64,000 nt of DNA from positions 1,270,224-1,334,223 of the forward strand of contig OZ252110.1 in the NCBI GenBank assembly GCA_965248545.1, read 5' to 3'. The position numbers and the translations under genes are program-made. The notes under the pieces are model-generated. The model was not told the DNA's origin. It did no database searches and worked only from the letters and a program-made list of their open reading frames with translations. This document shows positions 17,038-26,331 of this stretch, piece by piece. Source of the DNA: Alteromonadaceae bacterium (GTDB lineage Bacteria; Pseudomonadota; Gammaproteobacteria; Enterobacterales; Alteromonadaceae). Position 1 is the first letter of the stretch, and each line of letters opens with the position of its first letter.

Positions 17038-19623
17038 ATGAAAATTAACAGTAAGAGATTGAAAGTTTCGCTATTGATTAGTGCGATAGTTAGTTCAGCC
17101 ACTTTGGTTGGCTGCGGAGATTCTAAACAAGATACGCCGCCCCTAACTCGATATGATGGGGTTTGGCAGCAGCAAGGGAACCCGGAGGTTTGGCAGTTCA
17201 ACAACAATGAACTAGCCAGATACAGTGTTAACACCTATGGATGTATACGTTTTTCAAATGAAAAATATACTGACCTAGACGGCTTAGAGAAACATTTAAC
17301 ACTCAATAGCGGCACATTGTCGCTGAATAATGATGCCACGAATACCTGGCGTTTCTCGAAGTTATCCGCACTACCAGAGGCGTGTAATGCACAAAATCAA
17401 TTGGATGCCGCTAGCCCCATCGATAACTTTGAGTTCTTTTGGCATCACTTCAACGACAATTACGCATTCTTTGAACTACGCGATTTAGACTGGCAGGCGA
17501 TTTATACGCAATACCGTCCTGCGATCACAGCACAAACAACGCCAGCGCAACTCGAACAAATCCTCGCTGATATCATTAGCCGTTTCGACGACAGTCATGT
17601 TTCATTGACCGCAACGACTGACGACTATTCGGGTACCGGTGGCCTCAAAGGGTTACCTCTTGAGGCACTGAGATACTTGGTTCTCAATGGTGAAACCGAT
17701 ATCGATGAACGCATTGAAACGGTATATGAACAAATGGTAACCGCCAGAGGTTCACTGATAACCCGTTACATCAATGACCCTGAGCTCACCACTCAAGGGG
17801 AGACAGGCGCTGTGTCTTGGGGACTCATGGGCGACAACATTGGTTACCTGAAAATCAGCAAAGAACACCAAATGCTCAAGCCATTGCCTGAGTCCGGCAC
17901 GATACTGGAGTTACTCAACAATGCCGCACAAGATTACGCCGATACTGATGAGGTCATGCAAGCAGCTATGAATGCTTTGCAGGATACCGAAGTCCTTATC
18001 ATCGACTTGCGCTTGAACGAAGGTGGCTATGACAAAGTTTCGCAAAAAATCGCGAGCTACTTTAATGACCAAGAAAAGGTATTTGGCCGAAAACAGTTAA
18101 CGAGTCTAGATGGCACAATTACAGACGTTGACCTAACGGTTGGTTCGGTTGCAGCACCCTATACTAAGCCGATCTATGTGATCAGTGGACAGTCCAACGT
18201 GAGTGCTGGTGAAGTGCTGACAATGGCATTGACGTCTCTTGACCATGTCACCCTAATCGGCCAACCGAGTAACGGTTCCGTTTCTGACAGTCTAGACTTT
18301 ACCTTACCGAATGGCTGGCAAGCTTCGTTGAGCAACCAAGTGTATACCGACGCTTCTGGACATGTGATTGAAGGCAGTGGCGTGACACCTGATGAGCTAG
18401 TACCTGTGTATGCCATCGAAGACTTTGAATATGAGTCAGACAATGCGATCGACGCGGTGTTGCAGAAGCTCAATCAACCGCTACCCTTTGCGATAACCGA
18501 GCCTCAGTTGGATGCTTTGATTGAAAAAACCCGACAGGAACTGACTATCCCAGGGTTGTCGATAGCGGTTGTGCATGATGGCGAGATCGTATTTGAAAAC
18601 GGCTATGGCGAAAAAGCGCTAGGTACAGGTGTAGCTGTTACAGAAAACACGCCATTTAACGTTGGTTCGATCAGTAAAGCTGTATTGGGTACGGCAATCA
18701 TGCAAAAACTTGAGCAGCAACAAATCAACCTCGACACGCCCGTAAATGACTTAGATTTACCCTTTACTGTCGGCCACCCAGACGCGACTGAAGCGATAAC
18801 ATTGCGACACTTAGTCACTCACACCTCGGGTATTGCAGACACCGCTGCCTACAATTGTAACTACTATATTCACGGCACTGACCTGTCGCTGTTTGCTGCA
18901 TTTGGCGCCTCTCATTGCCCACAACACGCAATCGTTGACCCAACTGCGTTTTACCAGGCGTATTTTGCGCCAGGCAGCGAGATCAATCCCGAGCTTCCGT
19001 ACTACTCAGTTGAACCAGGACAGTTTCACAGTTATTCAAATGTTGGAGCTGGGCTAGCAGCCTATGCAATCGAGTCTCACTTAAACATCGACTTCAGCGA
19101 GGACATGATAACGACGCTTTTTGCGCCATTGGGTATGGCCAATACGCGCTGGAAACACACCGACCTTAGTCCACAAAATGCCAAGGCGACTCAATACACA
19201 ATGGATCAAAACAACGAAGCGCTTGAAGTGCCAGAGTACTCGTATCCAACCTTTTATGATGGCGACTTAAACACCAGCGCACACGATCTAGCGCGCTTGA
19301 TGCTAGCCATTAGTGCTGGCGGTGAACTGAACAACAGCCGTATTTTGAGTGCCTCCAGTATTGGTGAAATGCTGAGTAATCAAACTGGTCTAGACGACTT
19401 TGCATCCGAGCGACAAGGTTTGTTCTGGTTTAGAAGTGGCGCCTTCATAGGTCACACTGGCGGCGATCCGGGTACTAGTGCAACCATGCAATACAATCCT
19501 ACCACCCAAACAGGCATCGTCTTTATGATGAACATCGAAGATGACCATCTGGGCAAAGAGGAGTTGGGCGAGCGCCTATCCCCGCTGATATCCGCTCTAT
19601 ACCAGTTTGGAGTATCTCAGTAA
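17038..19623 (+). CDS. Lipoprotein fusion: S41 peptidase (tricorn C1 plus S41) and beta-lactamase-fold serine hydrolase
   Basis: Lipobox LVGC. S41 motifs NFEFFWHHFNDNYAFF, IIDLRLNEGG, SAGE. Serine-hydrolase triad GSISK (SxxK), YSN (YxN) and HTG. Confidence 0.85.
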   Translation: MKINSKRLKVSLLISAIVSSATLVGCGDSKQDTPPLTRYDGVWQQQGNPEVWQFNNNELARYSVNTYGCIRFSNEKYTDLDGLEKHLTLNSGTLSLNNDATNTWRFSKLSALPEACNAQNQLDAASPIDNFEFFWHHFNDNYAFFELRDLDWQAIYTQYRPAITAQTTPAQLEQILADIISRFDDSHVSLTATTDDYSGTGGLKGLPLEALRYLVLNGETDIDERIETVYEQMVTARGSLITRYINDPELTTQGETGAVSWGLMGDNIGYLKISKEHQMLKPLPESGTILELLNNAAQDYADTDEVMQAAMNALQDTEVLIIDLRLNEGGYDKVSQKIASYFNDQEKVFGRKQLTSLDGTITDVDLTVGSVAAPYTKPIYVISGQSNVSAGEVLTMALTSLDHVTLIGQPSNGSVSDSLDFTLPNGWQASLSNQVYTDASGHVIEGSGVTPDELVPVYAIEDFEYESDNAIDAVLQKLNQPLPFAITEPQLDALIEKTRQELTIPGLSIAVVHDGEIVFENGYGEKALGTGVAVTENTPFNVGSISKAVLGTAIMQKLEQQQINLDTPVNDLDLPFTVGHPDATEAITLRHLVTHTSGIADTAAYNCNYYIHGTDLSLFAAFGASHCPQHAIVDPTAFYQAYFAPGSEINPELPYYSVEPGQFHSYSNVGAGLAAYAIESHLNIDFSEDMITTLFAPLGMANTRWKHTDLSPQNAKATQYTMDQNNEALEVPEYSYPTFYDGDLNTSAHDLARLMLAISAGGELNNSRILSASSIGEMLSNQTGLDDFASERQGLFWFRSGAFIGHTGGDPGTSATMQYNPTTQTGIVFMMNIEDDHLGKEELGERLSPLISALYQFGVSQ

Positions 19624-19747
19624 TTACCAGGGTTTAACCTATGAGAGCAATTGCTAATGGTGATTGCTCTGCTTTTCGTACTTGATTGCGAAGGGTGACA
19701 ATAGGATCATGACCTGGGTTGTCTAACCCTTAAAATCGTCACCAAAA

Positions 19748-20569
19748 TTATAACGTGGCGTCATGTGACCTGTGCCATGAGTACATGGATGTTTGCTTTC
19801 GCATAATCTCTGTTGAGTACACATTGTCACTGCCGCTCTGTGCCGCACCATAACAAACGTGCAAAGGCAACAGGTGCTCCTCTCGGGGATGACAATAACG
19901 CGCATACGGTGCACTACTCCATTCAACAAGTAATTGCTCGCGTTCTAATTCTGATATTGCCCTATCTTTCATAACCGAGGTTAGCCATGCTTCAAAGGCC
20001 AAATTTTTCTGCTTAGTCTGTTGATCTGCTGATGCAAAAAACGCTTGAAGGTTATGAAACGACATTCCCGAACCAATAATCAGTAAATTGTCGTACTCCA
20101 GGCTGGCAAGTGCTTTGCCGATATCAATGTGCCATTGAGCATCTAGTGTGCGCGTTAATGACAATTGTACACACGGTATGTCGGCTTCAGGGTACATCAA
20201 CATAAGTGGAACAAATGCGCCATGATCGAAGCCTCTGGTGGCATTTGACTCAACTTTAAAACCCGCCGACGTCAATGCCGCCACCACTCGATTTGCCAAG
20301 TCAGGCTCTCCTGCACATGGGTAGCGCAGCTCGTAAGCAGCTGTTGGGAATCCGCCATAATCGTAGATCAACGGCGGCCTCTCTGTTGTAGTTACGGTCG
20401 GGAATTCTGTCTCCCAGTGGGCGCTGATAACCAAAATTGCGCGAGGCTTACCGATCTGCAACGCAATTTGACCGAGCGTTGATACCATTTCAGTATGTGC
20501 AGGGTCTCCAAGCACTGGCAGGGGTCCACCACCATGTGAGACATACACAATGTGTCGAGCGCTTGTCAT
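19748..20569 (-). CDS. DODA-type extradiol ring-cleavage dioxygenase (LigB/YgiD family)
   Basis: VSHGGGP, ISAHW, YDYGGFP, RGFDHG, GSGMSFHN, HPREEHLLPL. Confidence 0.9.
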   Translation of the reverse strand: MTSARHIVYVSHGGGPLPVLGDPAHTEMVSTLGQIALQIGKPRAILVISAHWETEFPTVTTTERPPLIYDYGGFPTAAYELRYPCAGEPDLANRVVAALTSAGFKVESNATRGFDHGAFVPLMLMYPEADIPCVQLSLTRTLDAQWHIDIGKALASLEYDNLLIIGSGMSFHNLQAFFASADQQTKQKNLAFEAWLTSVMKDRAISELEREQLLVEWSSAPYARYCHPREEHLLPLHVCYGAAQSGSDNVYSTEIMRKQTSMYSWHRSHDATL

Positions 20570-20580
20570 TGAGTTCGCTC

Positions 20581-21531
20581 CTAAACCAATACTTGTGGGC
20601 CAATGGGCACAATGCCTGTGGGATTGAGCGCTTTGATCGAATAGTAGCCTGCCTTGATGTGCTCAATATTCACGGTATCAGCAATTCCCTTCATGTGGTA
20701 AATACGCTGCATGTAGGCGTGCAAATTGGGCATATCCTTGAGTAGATTCCGGTTACACTTAAACAAACCAAAGTAAGCGGCGTCAAAGCGAATTAAGGTT
20801 ACAAACAAGCGAATATCAGATTCTGTAAACGCGTCTCCAAACAAGTAGGTTCGACCATCCGTCAAACGCTGCTCCAACTCGTCCAGCGTAGCAAATACAT
20901 TGTTGTACGCTTCTTCATAAGCTTGCTGAGTGGTGGCAAAGCCAGCCTGATAAACGCCGTTATTCAAGTTTTTGTACATGGATTCATTCAGGGTGTCGAT
21001 GTCGACACGCAACGACAAAGGGTACAAGTCGGGGCCTTCATCAACCATTCCCTCAAACGCCGTATTAAACATTTTCACAATATCAGCAGATTCATTGTTC
21101 ACAATGGTCTGGCGTTTTTTGTCCCACAATACAGGCACCGTGGCGCGGCCTGTAAATGTAGGATCGACTTTAGAATAGATCTCGTGCATAAAGTTGGCAT
21201 TGTTAAGGGCGTCGGCTGCGCTGCCGGAAAATCCACCAAACTGCCAACCTTGGTCACCCAACTTGGGGTTTACCACGGTAACGGAAATAATATCCTCTAG
21301 TCCTTTTATCGCTCTTGCCATCAAAGCTCTGCTTGCCCACGGACAAATGTACGCAACATATAGATGGTAACGATTGCGCTCTGCCTTAAATCCAGGTTCT
21401 CCTGTTGGGCCGGCCGAACCATCAGGCGTGACCCAATTTCGAAATGAAGACGTTTGACGAATAAACCTACCCTGCTTGTCTTTAGACTGCACAGGTTGCC
21501 AATTTTCTTGCCATATACCATTGACTAACAT
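20581..21531 (-). CDS. yqjG: Glutathionyl-hydroquinone reductase (GST omega/xi class, YqjG-like)
   Basis: RQTSSFRNWVT, CPWA active site, TVPVLWD, NNESADI, NNGVY, HIKAGYY. Confidence 0.9.
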   Translation of the reverse strand: MLVNGIWQENWQPVQSKDKQGRFIRQTSSFRNWVTPDGSAGPTGEPGFKAERNRYHLYVAYICPWASRALMARAIKGLEDIISVTVVNPKLGDQGWQFGGFSGSAADALNNANFMHEIYSKVDPTFTGRATVPVLWDKKRQTIVNNESADIVKMFNTAFEGMVDEGPDLYPLSLRVDIDTLNESMYKNLNNGVYQAGFATTQQAYEEAYNNVFATLDELEQRLTDGRTYLFGDAFTESDIRLFVTLIRFDAAYFGLFKCNRNLLKDMPNLHAYMQRIYHMKGIADTVNIEHIKAGYYSIKALNPTGIVPIGPQVLV

Positions 21532-21587
21532 TGTGATTCTCCGGTTAAGTGTCAGCCTCCGAGGAGGTCAAGGAGGCGACATAATTG

Positions 21588-22082
21588 TTAAGCAAACTGT
21601 TTGTTATCAATTGGTTGGCGGACAACTTTGTCTTTCTGCAGCGCATTCGTAATCACCTTGTCTAAGGAAAAGTGACCAGCGCCTTGGATTGAGAGTGCGA
21701 CTGAGGCTGCGAAAAGTGTTAGTGCAAATTCATAGCCGTTGTTTGATGCAAATAAGCCGTTACTGGCGTGTACTGCGAAAATAGCGACCAGCATGGTAAA
21801 TGCACTGACCAACGCTGCTGGACGCACGAGCAGACCGGCAATCAATGCGATGCCGCCAAAGAATTCTGCACTACCGGCTAGCAACGCCATCATATAACCT
21901 GGCTCCAAACCAATACTGGCCATCCACTGTCCCGTGCCTTCCAGCCCGTAACCACCAAACCAACCAAATAGTTTCTGTGCACCATGTGCCGCTAAGATAA
22001 TGCCCACAGGTACACGCAAAGAGAGTGCTGCGTAGCCTGCATTTGAGTTCAATACGTTGTTTAAAAGTTGTGTTTTCATCAT
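21588..22082 (-). CDS. DoxX family membrane protein
   Basis: AHGAQKLFGWFGG, EFFGG, NNGYE, GAGHFSLD. Confidence 0.9.
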   Translation of the reverse strand: MMKTQLLNNVLNSNAGYAALSLRVPVGIILAAHGAQKLFGWFGGYGLEGTGQWMASIGLEPGYMMALLAGSAEFFGGIALIAGLLVRPAALVSAFTMLVAIFAVHASNGLFASNNGYEFALTLFAASVALSIQGAGHFSLDKVITNALQKDKVVRQPIDNKQFA

Positions 22083-22181
22083 TCATTTCCTTTTCAGAGT
22101 TAGGTAAAACTGACCGCGCAGACCACCTCAATCAGATTGATTAACATCTTAATTACTCCCAATGAGTTGATAAATGCTATT

Positions 22182-22194
22182 ATCATTGAATGAT
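22182..22194. promoter_or_regulatory. Palindrome in the doxX/lysR divergent promoter (candidate LysR box)
   Basis: ATCATT-G-AATGAT. Confidence 0.35.
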
Positions 22195-22217
22195 TACCAA
22201 CATTTTGTTTGCAATAA

Positions 22218-23135
22218 ATGGATAGAATCGAGACTATGAAAGCCTTCGTCACGGTTGTAGAAGAAGGGAGTTTTACTAAAGCTGGTGACAGGCTTGGCAC
22301 CTCAAATCAATTGGTGAGTAAATATGTGTCCCAATTGGAAGAACATTTAGGTGTAAGGCTATTCAACCGCACGACCCGGCGCGTGCATGTAACCGAGGCC
22401 GGTGAACAGTGTTTCCAGCAAGCAAAAAGTATTCTGGAAAGCGTGACCGATATGGAAGGGTACTTTGGTGAGCTGCAGCATAGTATTCAGGGCACACTGA
22501 GAATCAGCGCACCGGTTTCTTTTTCGACACTGCATCTGTCACCTGTGATTCGCGATTTTAGACAACAGCACCCGGATGTAACCATTAATCTTGAATTAAA
22601 CGATCGCAAAGTCGATGTGGTTGAAGAAGGTTTCGACGTGGCACTGCGCATTGGACGTTTGCATGACTCGTCCTACATTGCCAAAAAAATTGTGCCTATT
22701 CGACTGGTGCTGTGTGCTTCGCCGCAATATGCTCAGCGCGTTGGTACGCTGACACACCCTGACCAGCTTAGACCAGAAGATTTCTTGCGCTATACCTATA
22801 TGGACTACCAACAGACATCAAATCCATTGATGCAAAGACTGCGGATCATCAACCAACAACGACTCTCAAAACTAGAAGCCAATAATGGTGAAGTATTGAT
22901 GGAATCAGCTATTGCAGGAGAAGGCTTTATTCTCCAACCAACCTTTATAGTGGGAGAGGCATTACGCAAAAAACAACTCGTCACCTTGCTGGATGACTAT
23001 GAATTTCCGTCAATACATCTATACGCTGTCTATCCTCACCGAAAACTGCAACCACCCAAGTTACGCGTATTTCTCGAGTTCCTGAGCAGTTATTTTGGCT
23101 CGCCACCCTACTGGGATGATGTCAATACGGCGTGA
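22218..23135 (+). CDS. LysR family transcriptional regulator
   Basis: FVTVVEEGSFTKAG, VSQLEEHLGVRLFNRTTR, DVVEEGFDVALRIG. Divergent from the doxX operon. Confidence 0.95.
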   Translation: MDRIETMKAFVTVVEEGSFTKAGDRLGTSNQLVSKYVSQLEEHLGVRLFNRTTRRVHVTEAGEQCFQQAKSILESVTDMEGYFGELQHSIQGTLRISAPVSFSTLHLSPVIRDFRQQHPDVTINLELNDRKVDVVEEGFDVALRIGRLHDSSYIAKKIVPIRLVLCASPQYAQRVGTLTHPDQLRPEDFLRYTYMDYQQTSNPLMQRLRIINQQRLSKLEANNGEVLMESAIAGEGFILQPTFIVGEALRKKQLVTLLDDYEFPSIHLYAVYPHRKLQPPKLRVFLEFLSSYFGSPPYWDDVNTA

Positions 23136-23248
23136 TGACTGAACAATTGTGCCGCTCAACGAATATTCACAAACCCAGAGGGTTTGAATTATGCGGTAAT
23201 GTTGGCTATACCAATGCATATTGGGCGTTGAAGTAGGAGCCAACCGTT

Positions 23249-24115
23249 TTGCAGTGGTATCGAGTGTGTTTCTTGGTGTTTGCGCTCTGGTCATTACCCG
23301 CCAGTGCAGAATCGACTCGCCAACATCTCAATTACTTTGCTCCCGATCACCACACATCGCATTATGTTACCGATATCCTGAAGCTTGCGATGACTAAAAA
23401 TCCTGCGCTACACAATATTCAACTGCGCAACATCGACTATCAATACAGTACTGAGTCTGACCCCATCGCCTTATTAGAACGCGGCGTGATAGATATTTTC
23501 TGGGATGGTACTTCCAATAAACGCGAACAAAACTATGCGCCGGTGCGCGTTCCTTTATACAAAGGGCTACTTGGCTACCGCGTGTTTCTGACCCACAAAG
23601 ATAACCTTAGTAGATTTGAAAATATTGATGAGGCCGCCCTCAAACAGTTAGTTGCGTGCCAAGGCGAATCGTGGCCAGATACCAGCATCCTCAAACACAA
23701 CGGCTACACAGTTGCCACCGCAAGTCGTTTTATTCAATTGATCAAGCTGACCAACAAGAAGCGCTGTGACTATTTCCCTCGCGCGATTTATGAGGGCTTA
23801 AATGAGATCAATTGGTTGGCAGACAAATTTCCTGATTTGAGGCTGGTCGATGATGTATTGCTTTCCTATCGGTTGCCGATTTATCTATTCGTACGCAAAT
23901 CCGACGCCGATCTGGCACATAGCCTCACCGAGGGCTTGATTGCCGCAGTCAATGATGGCAGCTTCCAGCACCTTTTCGATCAACATAGTGCGCTCAAATA
24001 TTTGCATCCACTCGAGCAGTGGCGACATAAAAGCGTATTTACGTTAGACAATCCAACACTTCCACAAAAGACGCCACAGGAACCTGCGTACTGGATTGAC
24101 TTGAAGCGGAAATAA
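23249..24115 (+). CDS. Periplasmic substrate-binding (family 3-like) protein
   Basis: Signal peptide, RVPLYKGLLGYRVF, CQGESWPDT, CDYFPR. Typical orphan solute-binding-fold protein. Confidence 0.75.
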   Translation: MQWYRVCFLVFALWSLPASAESTRQHLNYFAPDHHTSHYVTDILKLAMTKNPALHNIQLRNIDYQYSTESDPIALLERGVIDIFWDGTSNKREQNYAPVRVPLYKGLLGYRVFLTHKDNLSRFENIDEAALKQLVACQGESWPDTSILKHNGYTVATASRFIQLIKLTNKKRCDYFPRAIYEGLNEINWLADKFPDLRLVDDVLLSYRLPIYLFVRKSDADLAHSLTEGLIAAVNDGSFQHLFDQHSALKYLHPLEQWRHKSVFTLDNPTLPQKTPQEPAYWIDLKRK

Positions 24116-24237
24116 CGCGTAGTTTAGTCATCCTTTACGATAGTGACATCTACAGCCTGATTCATACTTGCGTTACCATTTCTTTCCTGTAGCTTTACTG
24201 CATCGTTTAGTCTTCACTTGTTCTGCAAGATTCCCAA

Positions 24238-24849
24238 ATGTCGTTCCAAGAGTTTATCAGTGGCTTTTTAGGTGCTAGCGCGATTGAGATCGTCGCGTCT
24301 GTGAGTGGTTTTTTATGCTTGTATTTACTGATCAAACGCAACATCTGGTGCTGGTTTTTCGGTTTCATTCAGGTATCACTTTTTACTTGGATATTCTTCA
24401 ATGCCAAGCTCTATTCAGACACTGGGCTACATGTCATCTATATGGGACTACAAGTTTATGGGTGGTGGAACTGGCGGCATCATCAAGACGCGCATGATGC
24501 ATTGATTGTTGAGAAGGGCTCCGTCTCTCTGATGCTCAGTTGGGGGCTAGTTGCGATCATAGCTACCGCAATTTTAGGCACATTAATGGATACCTACACT
24601 GACGCTAGCTTTGCCTACCCAGACGCATTCACGACGTCGATGAGTCTCGTCGCACAATGGTTGTTAACCCGGCGCTACATCTTCAACTGGCTGTTTTGGA
24701 TTATCGTCGATGTGGTCGCAATCTACATATATTTGCAAAAAGGTTTGTATCCAACCGCAGTGCTGTACTGCGCTTTTCTAATCATGTGTTTATTTGGATA
24801 CAAAAGCTGGTCGCAACAGTATAAGTCACAGACCAACCCCAATTATTAA
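24238..24849 (+). CDS. pnuC: Nicotinamide riboside transporter PnuC
   Basis: KRNIWCW, KLYSD, YGWWNW, DAFTT, NWLFWIIVD (WxxW), KGLY. Confidence 0.9.
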   Translation: MSFQEFISGFLGASAIEIVASVSGFLCLYLLIKRNIWCWFFGFIQVSLFTWIFFNAKLYSDTGLHVIYMGLQVYGWWNWRHHQDAHDALIVEKGSVSLMLSWGLVAIIATAILGTLMDTYTDASFAYPDAFTTSMSLVAQWLLTRRYIFNWLFWIIVDVVAIYIYLQKGLYPTAVLYCAFLIMCLFGYKSWSQQYKSQTNPNY

Positions 24850-24863
24850 GGAACTGTCTCTTC

Positions 24864-25421
24864 ATGTCTGAGAATAGTGTTAAACGCGTTGTGTTTCTCG
24901 GTGCTCCCAGTACTGGCAAAACAACGATTGCAGAGCGAGTAGCAAAACACTACAACACGGAATTTGTCGCTGAGTTTGGCCGCACATATTGGCTGGAAAA
25001 CCAAGTCGACCGTATACTCACGCAAGCGCAATTATTATATATCGCAGAAGAGCAAATTCGTCAGGAGGATGAAGCCATAAAGTCCGCACAAGACTTTTTG
25101 ATTGTTGACACAAACGCACTGACAACCTGGCACTTTGCGATCGACTATTACGGCTGTGCACTGCCAGCGTTAGATCGCTTAGCAGACGAGAGTAAGCAGC
25201 GCTTTGACCATGTATTTCTGTGCGCCGACGACATTCCTTTCGAAGACACTTGGGAGCGCAGTGGTGATGTAAAACGAAAAGAGTTTCAGGCGTTTATCAC
25301 TCAGCAACTGCACGACCGAGATATCCAATATACCTACCTAACCGGCACAGTTTCGGAGCGATTAGAGCAGGTAAAGAAAGTATTGGGAACACGCCGCTCT
25401 ATAGCAGCACTGAGTCTGTAA
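24864..25421 (+). CDS. NadR-like P-loop kinase (AAA_28; ribosylnicotinamide kinase domain only)
   Basis: GAPSTGKTT Walker A, EFGRTYW, IVDTNALTT. No HxGH adenylyltransferase domain. Confidence 0.85.
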   Translation: MSENSVKRVVFLGAPSTGKTTIAERVAKHYNTEFVAEFGRTYWLENQVDRILTQAQLLYIAEEQIRQEDEAIKSAQDFLIVDTNALTTWHFAIDYYGCALPALDRLADESKQRFDHVFLCADDIPFEDTWERSGDVKRKEFQAFITQQLHDRDIQYTYLTGTVSERLEQVKKVLGTRRSIAALSL

Positions 25422-25427
25422 TCGATT

Positions 25428-25464
25428 TGGCACCATTCGCTAGTATGCTGGCACCTTTTGCTAG
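25428..25464 (+). promoter_or_regulatory. Direct repeat with 21-bp period upstream of the SDR gene (candidate AraC-family site)
   Basis: TGGCACCATTCGCTAG (25428-25443) and TGGCACCTTTTGCTAG (25449-25464). Confidence 0.55.
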
Positions 25465-25522
25465 TTAGTTTTTTTACTTCCACGCCTACCATAGCTGTGT
25501 ATTCAATTAACGAGGCACAGCA

Positions 25523-26308
25523 ATGAAAAATACGACAACAGCACTTATTACCGGAGCATCAAGTGGAATTGGCTTGGAGCTGGCAAAAATTCATGCGAGT
25601 AAAGGTGGCGATCTCGTTCTGGTCGCTCGTTCAGGTAAAAAACTGGAAACCTTGCAGACCGAGCTACAAGACGAATACGGCAGCAAGGTTTCGGTCATCA
25701 CTGAAGACTTGAGTTCACCTGGTGCAGCACAACGTGTTTTCCAACAAACAGAAGCGCTTGGTTTGACTATCGACACTTTAATCAATAACGCAGGAGTTGG
25801 CGGTCATGGCTTGTTTCACGAACGAGAGCTTGAACAGGAACAAGCCATGATGCAACTGAATATGGTAAGTCTTACCGAATTAACTCACCTCTACTTGCAA
25901 GGTATGGTGGCGCGCAATCGCGGTCAGATCCTAAACGTTTCCTCGACCGCGTCATTTATGCCAGGACCTCTGCAAGCCGTCTATTACGCCACTAAAGCTT
26001 ATGTAACGTCTTTTTCACAAGCCATAGCCGAAGAGGTTAAAGATGCGAATGTAACTGTTACCGCACTGTGCCCAGGCGCTGTAGCGACCGGCTTTGTGGA
26101 AGCAGCGGATCTGCAAGGCGTGGAAATCTTCAAACAGGCCAAGAGTCCAGCTTCTGTCGCCCATTGCGGCTATACGGCAATGCAAAATGGGCAACTCGTC
26201 GCTTTCAATGAACGTAAACTTTCGTTTATGCTCAATTGGTTAATTCCATTGATGCCACGAACGCTAGTACTAAAAATTTCTCGACAAGCGATGGAAAAGA
26301 CACATTAA
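25523..26308 (+). CDS. Short-chain dehydrogenase/reductase
   Basis: TGASSGIG, NNAG, NVSS, YYATK (YxxxK), CPG. Confidence 0.95.
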   Translation: MKNTTTALITGASSGIGLELAKIHASKGGDLVLVARSGKKLETLQTELQDEYGSKVSVITEDLSSPGAAQRVFQQTEALGLTIDTLINNAGVGGHGLFHERELEQEQAMMQLNMVSLTELTHLYLQGMVARNRGQILNVSSTASFMPGPLQAVYYATKAYVTSFSQAIAEEVKDANVTVTALCPGAVATGFVEAADLQGVEIFKQAKSPASVAHCGYTAMQNGQLVAFNERKLSFMLNWLIPLMPRTLVLKISRQAMEKTH

Positions 26309-26331
26309 AGGCAGTGCTCTGAGAGGTTCGC

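Noticed and set aside
24116-24237. TPP or NAD riboswitch, or NrtR operator, upstream of pnuC
   Set aside because: No TPP core motifs (CTGAGA, ACCTGAT). Only weak inverted repeats, not convincing without an Rfam search.
25449-25464. Sigma-54 promoter (TGGCAC...TTGC)
   Set aside because: GG to GC spacing is 8 nt, not the required 10. The tandem repeat explains the sequence better.
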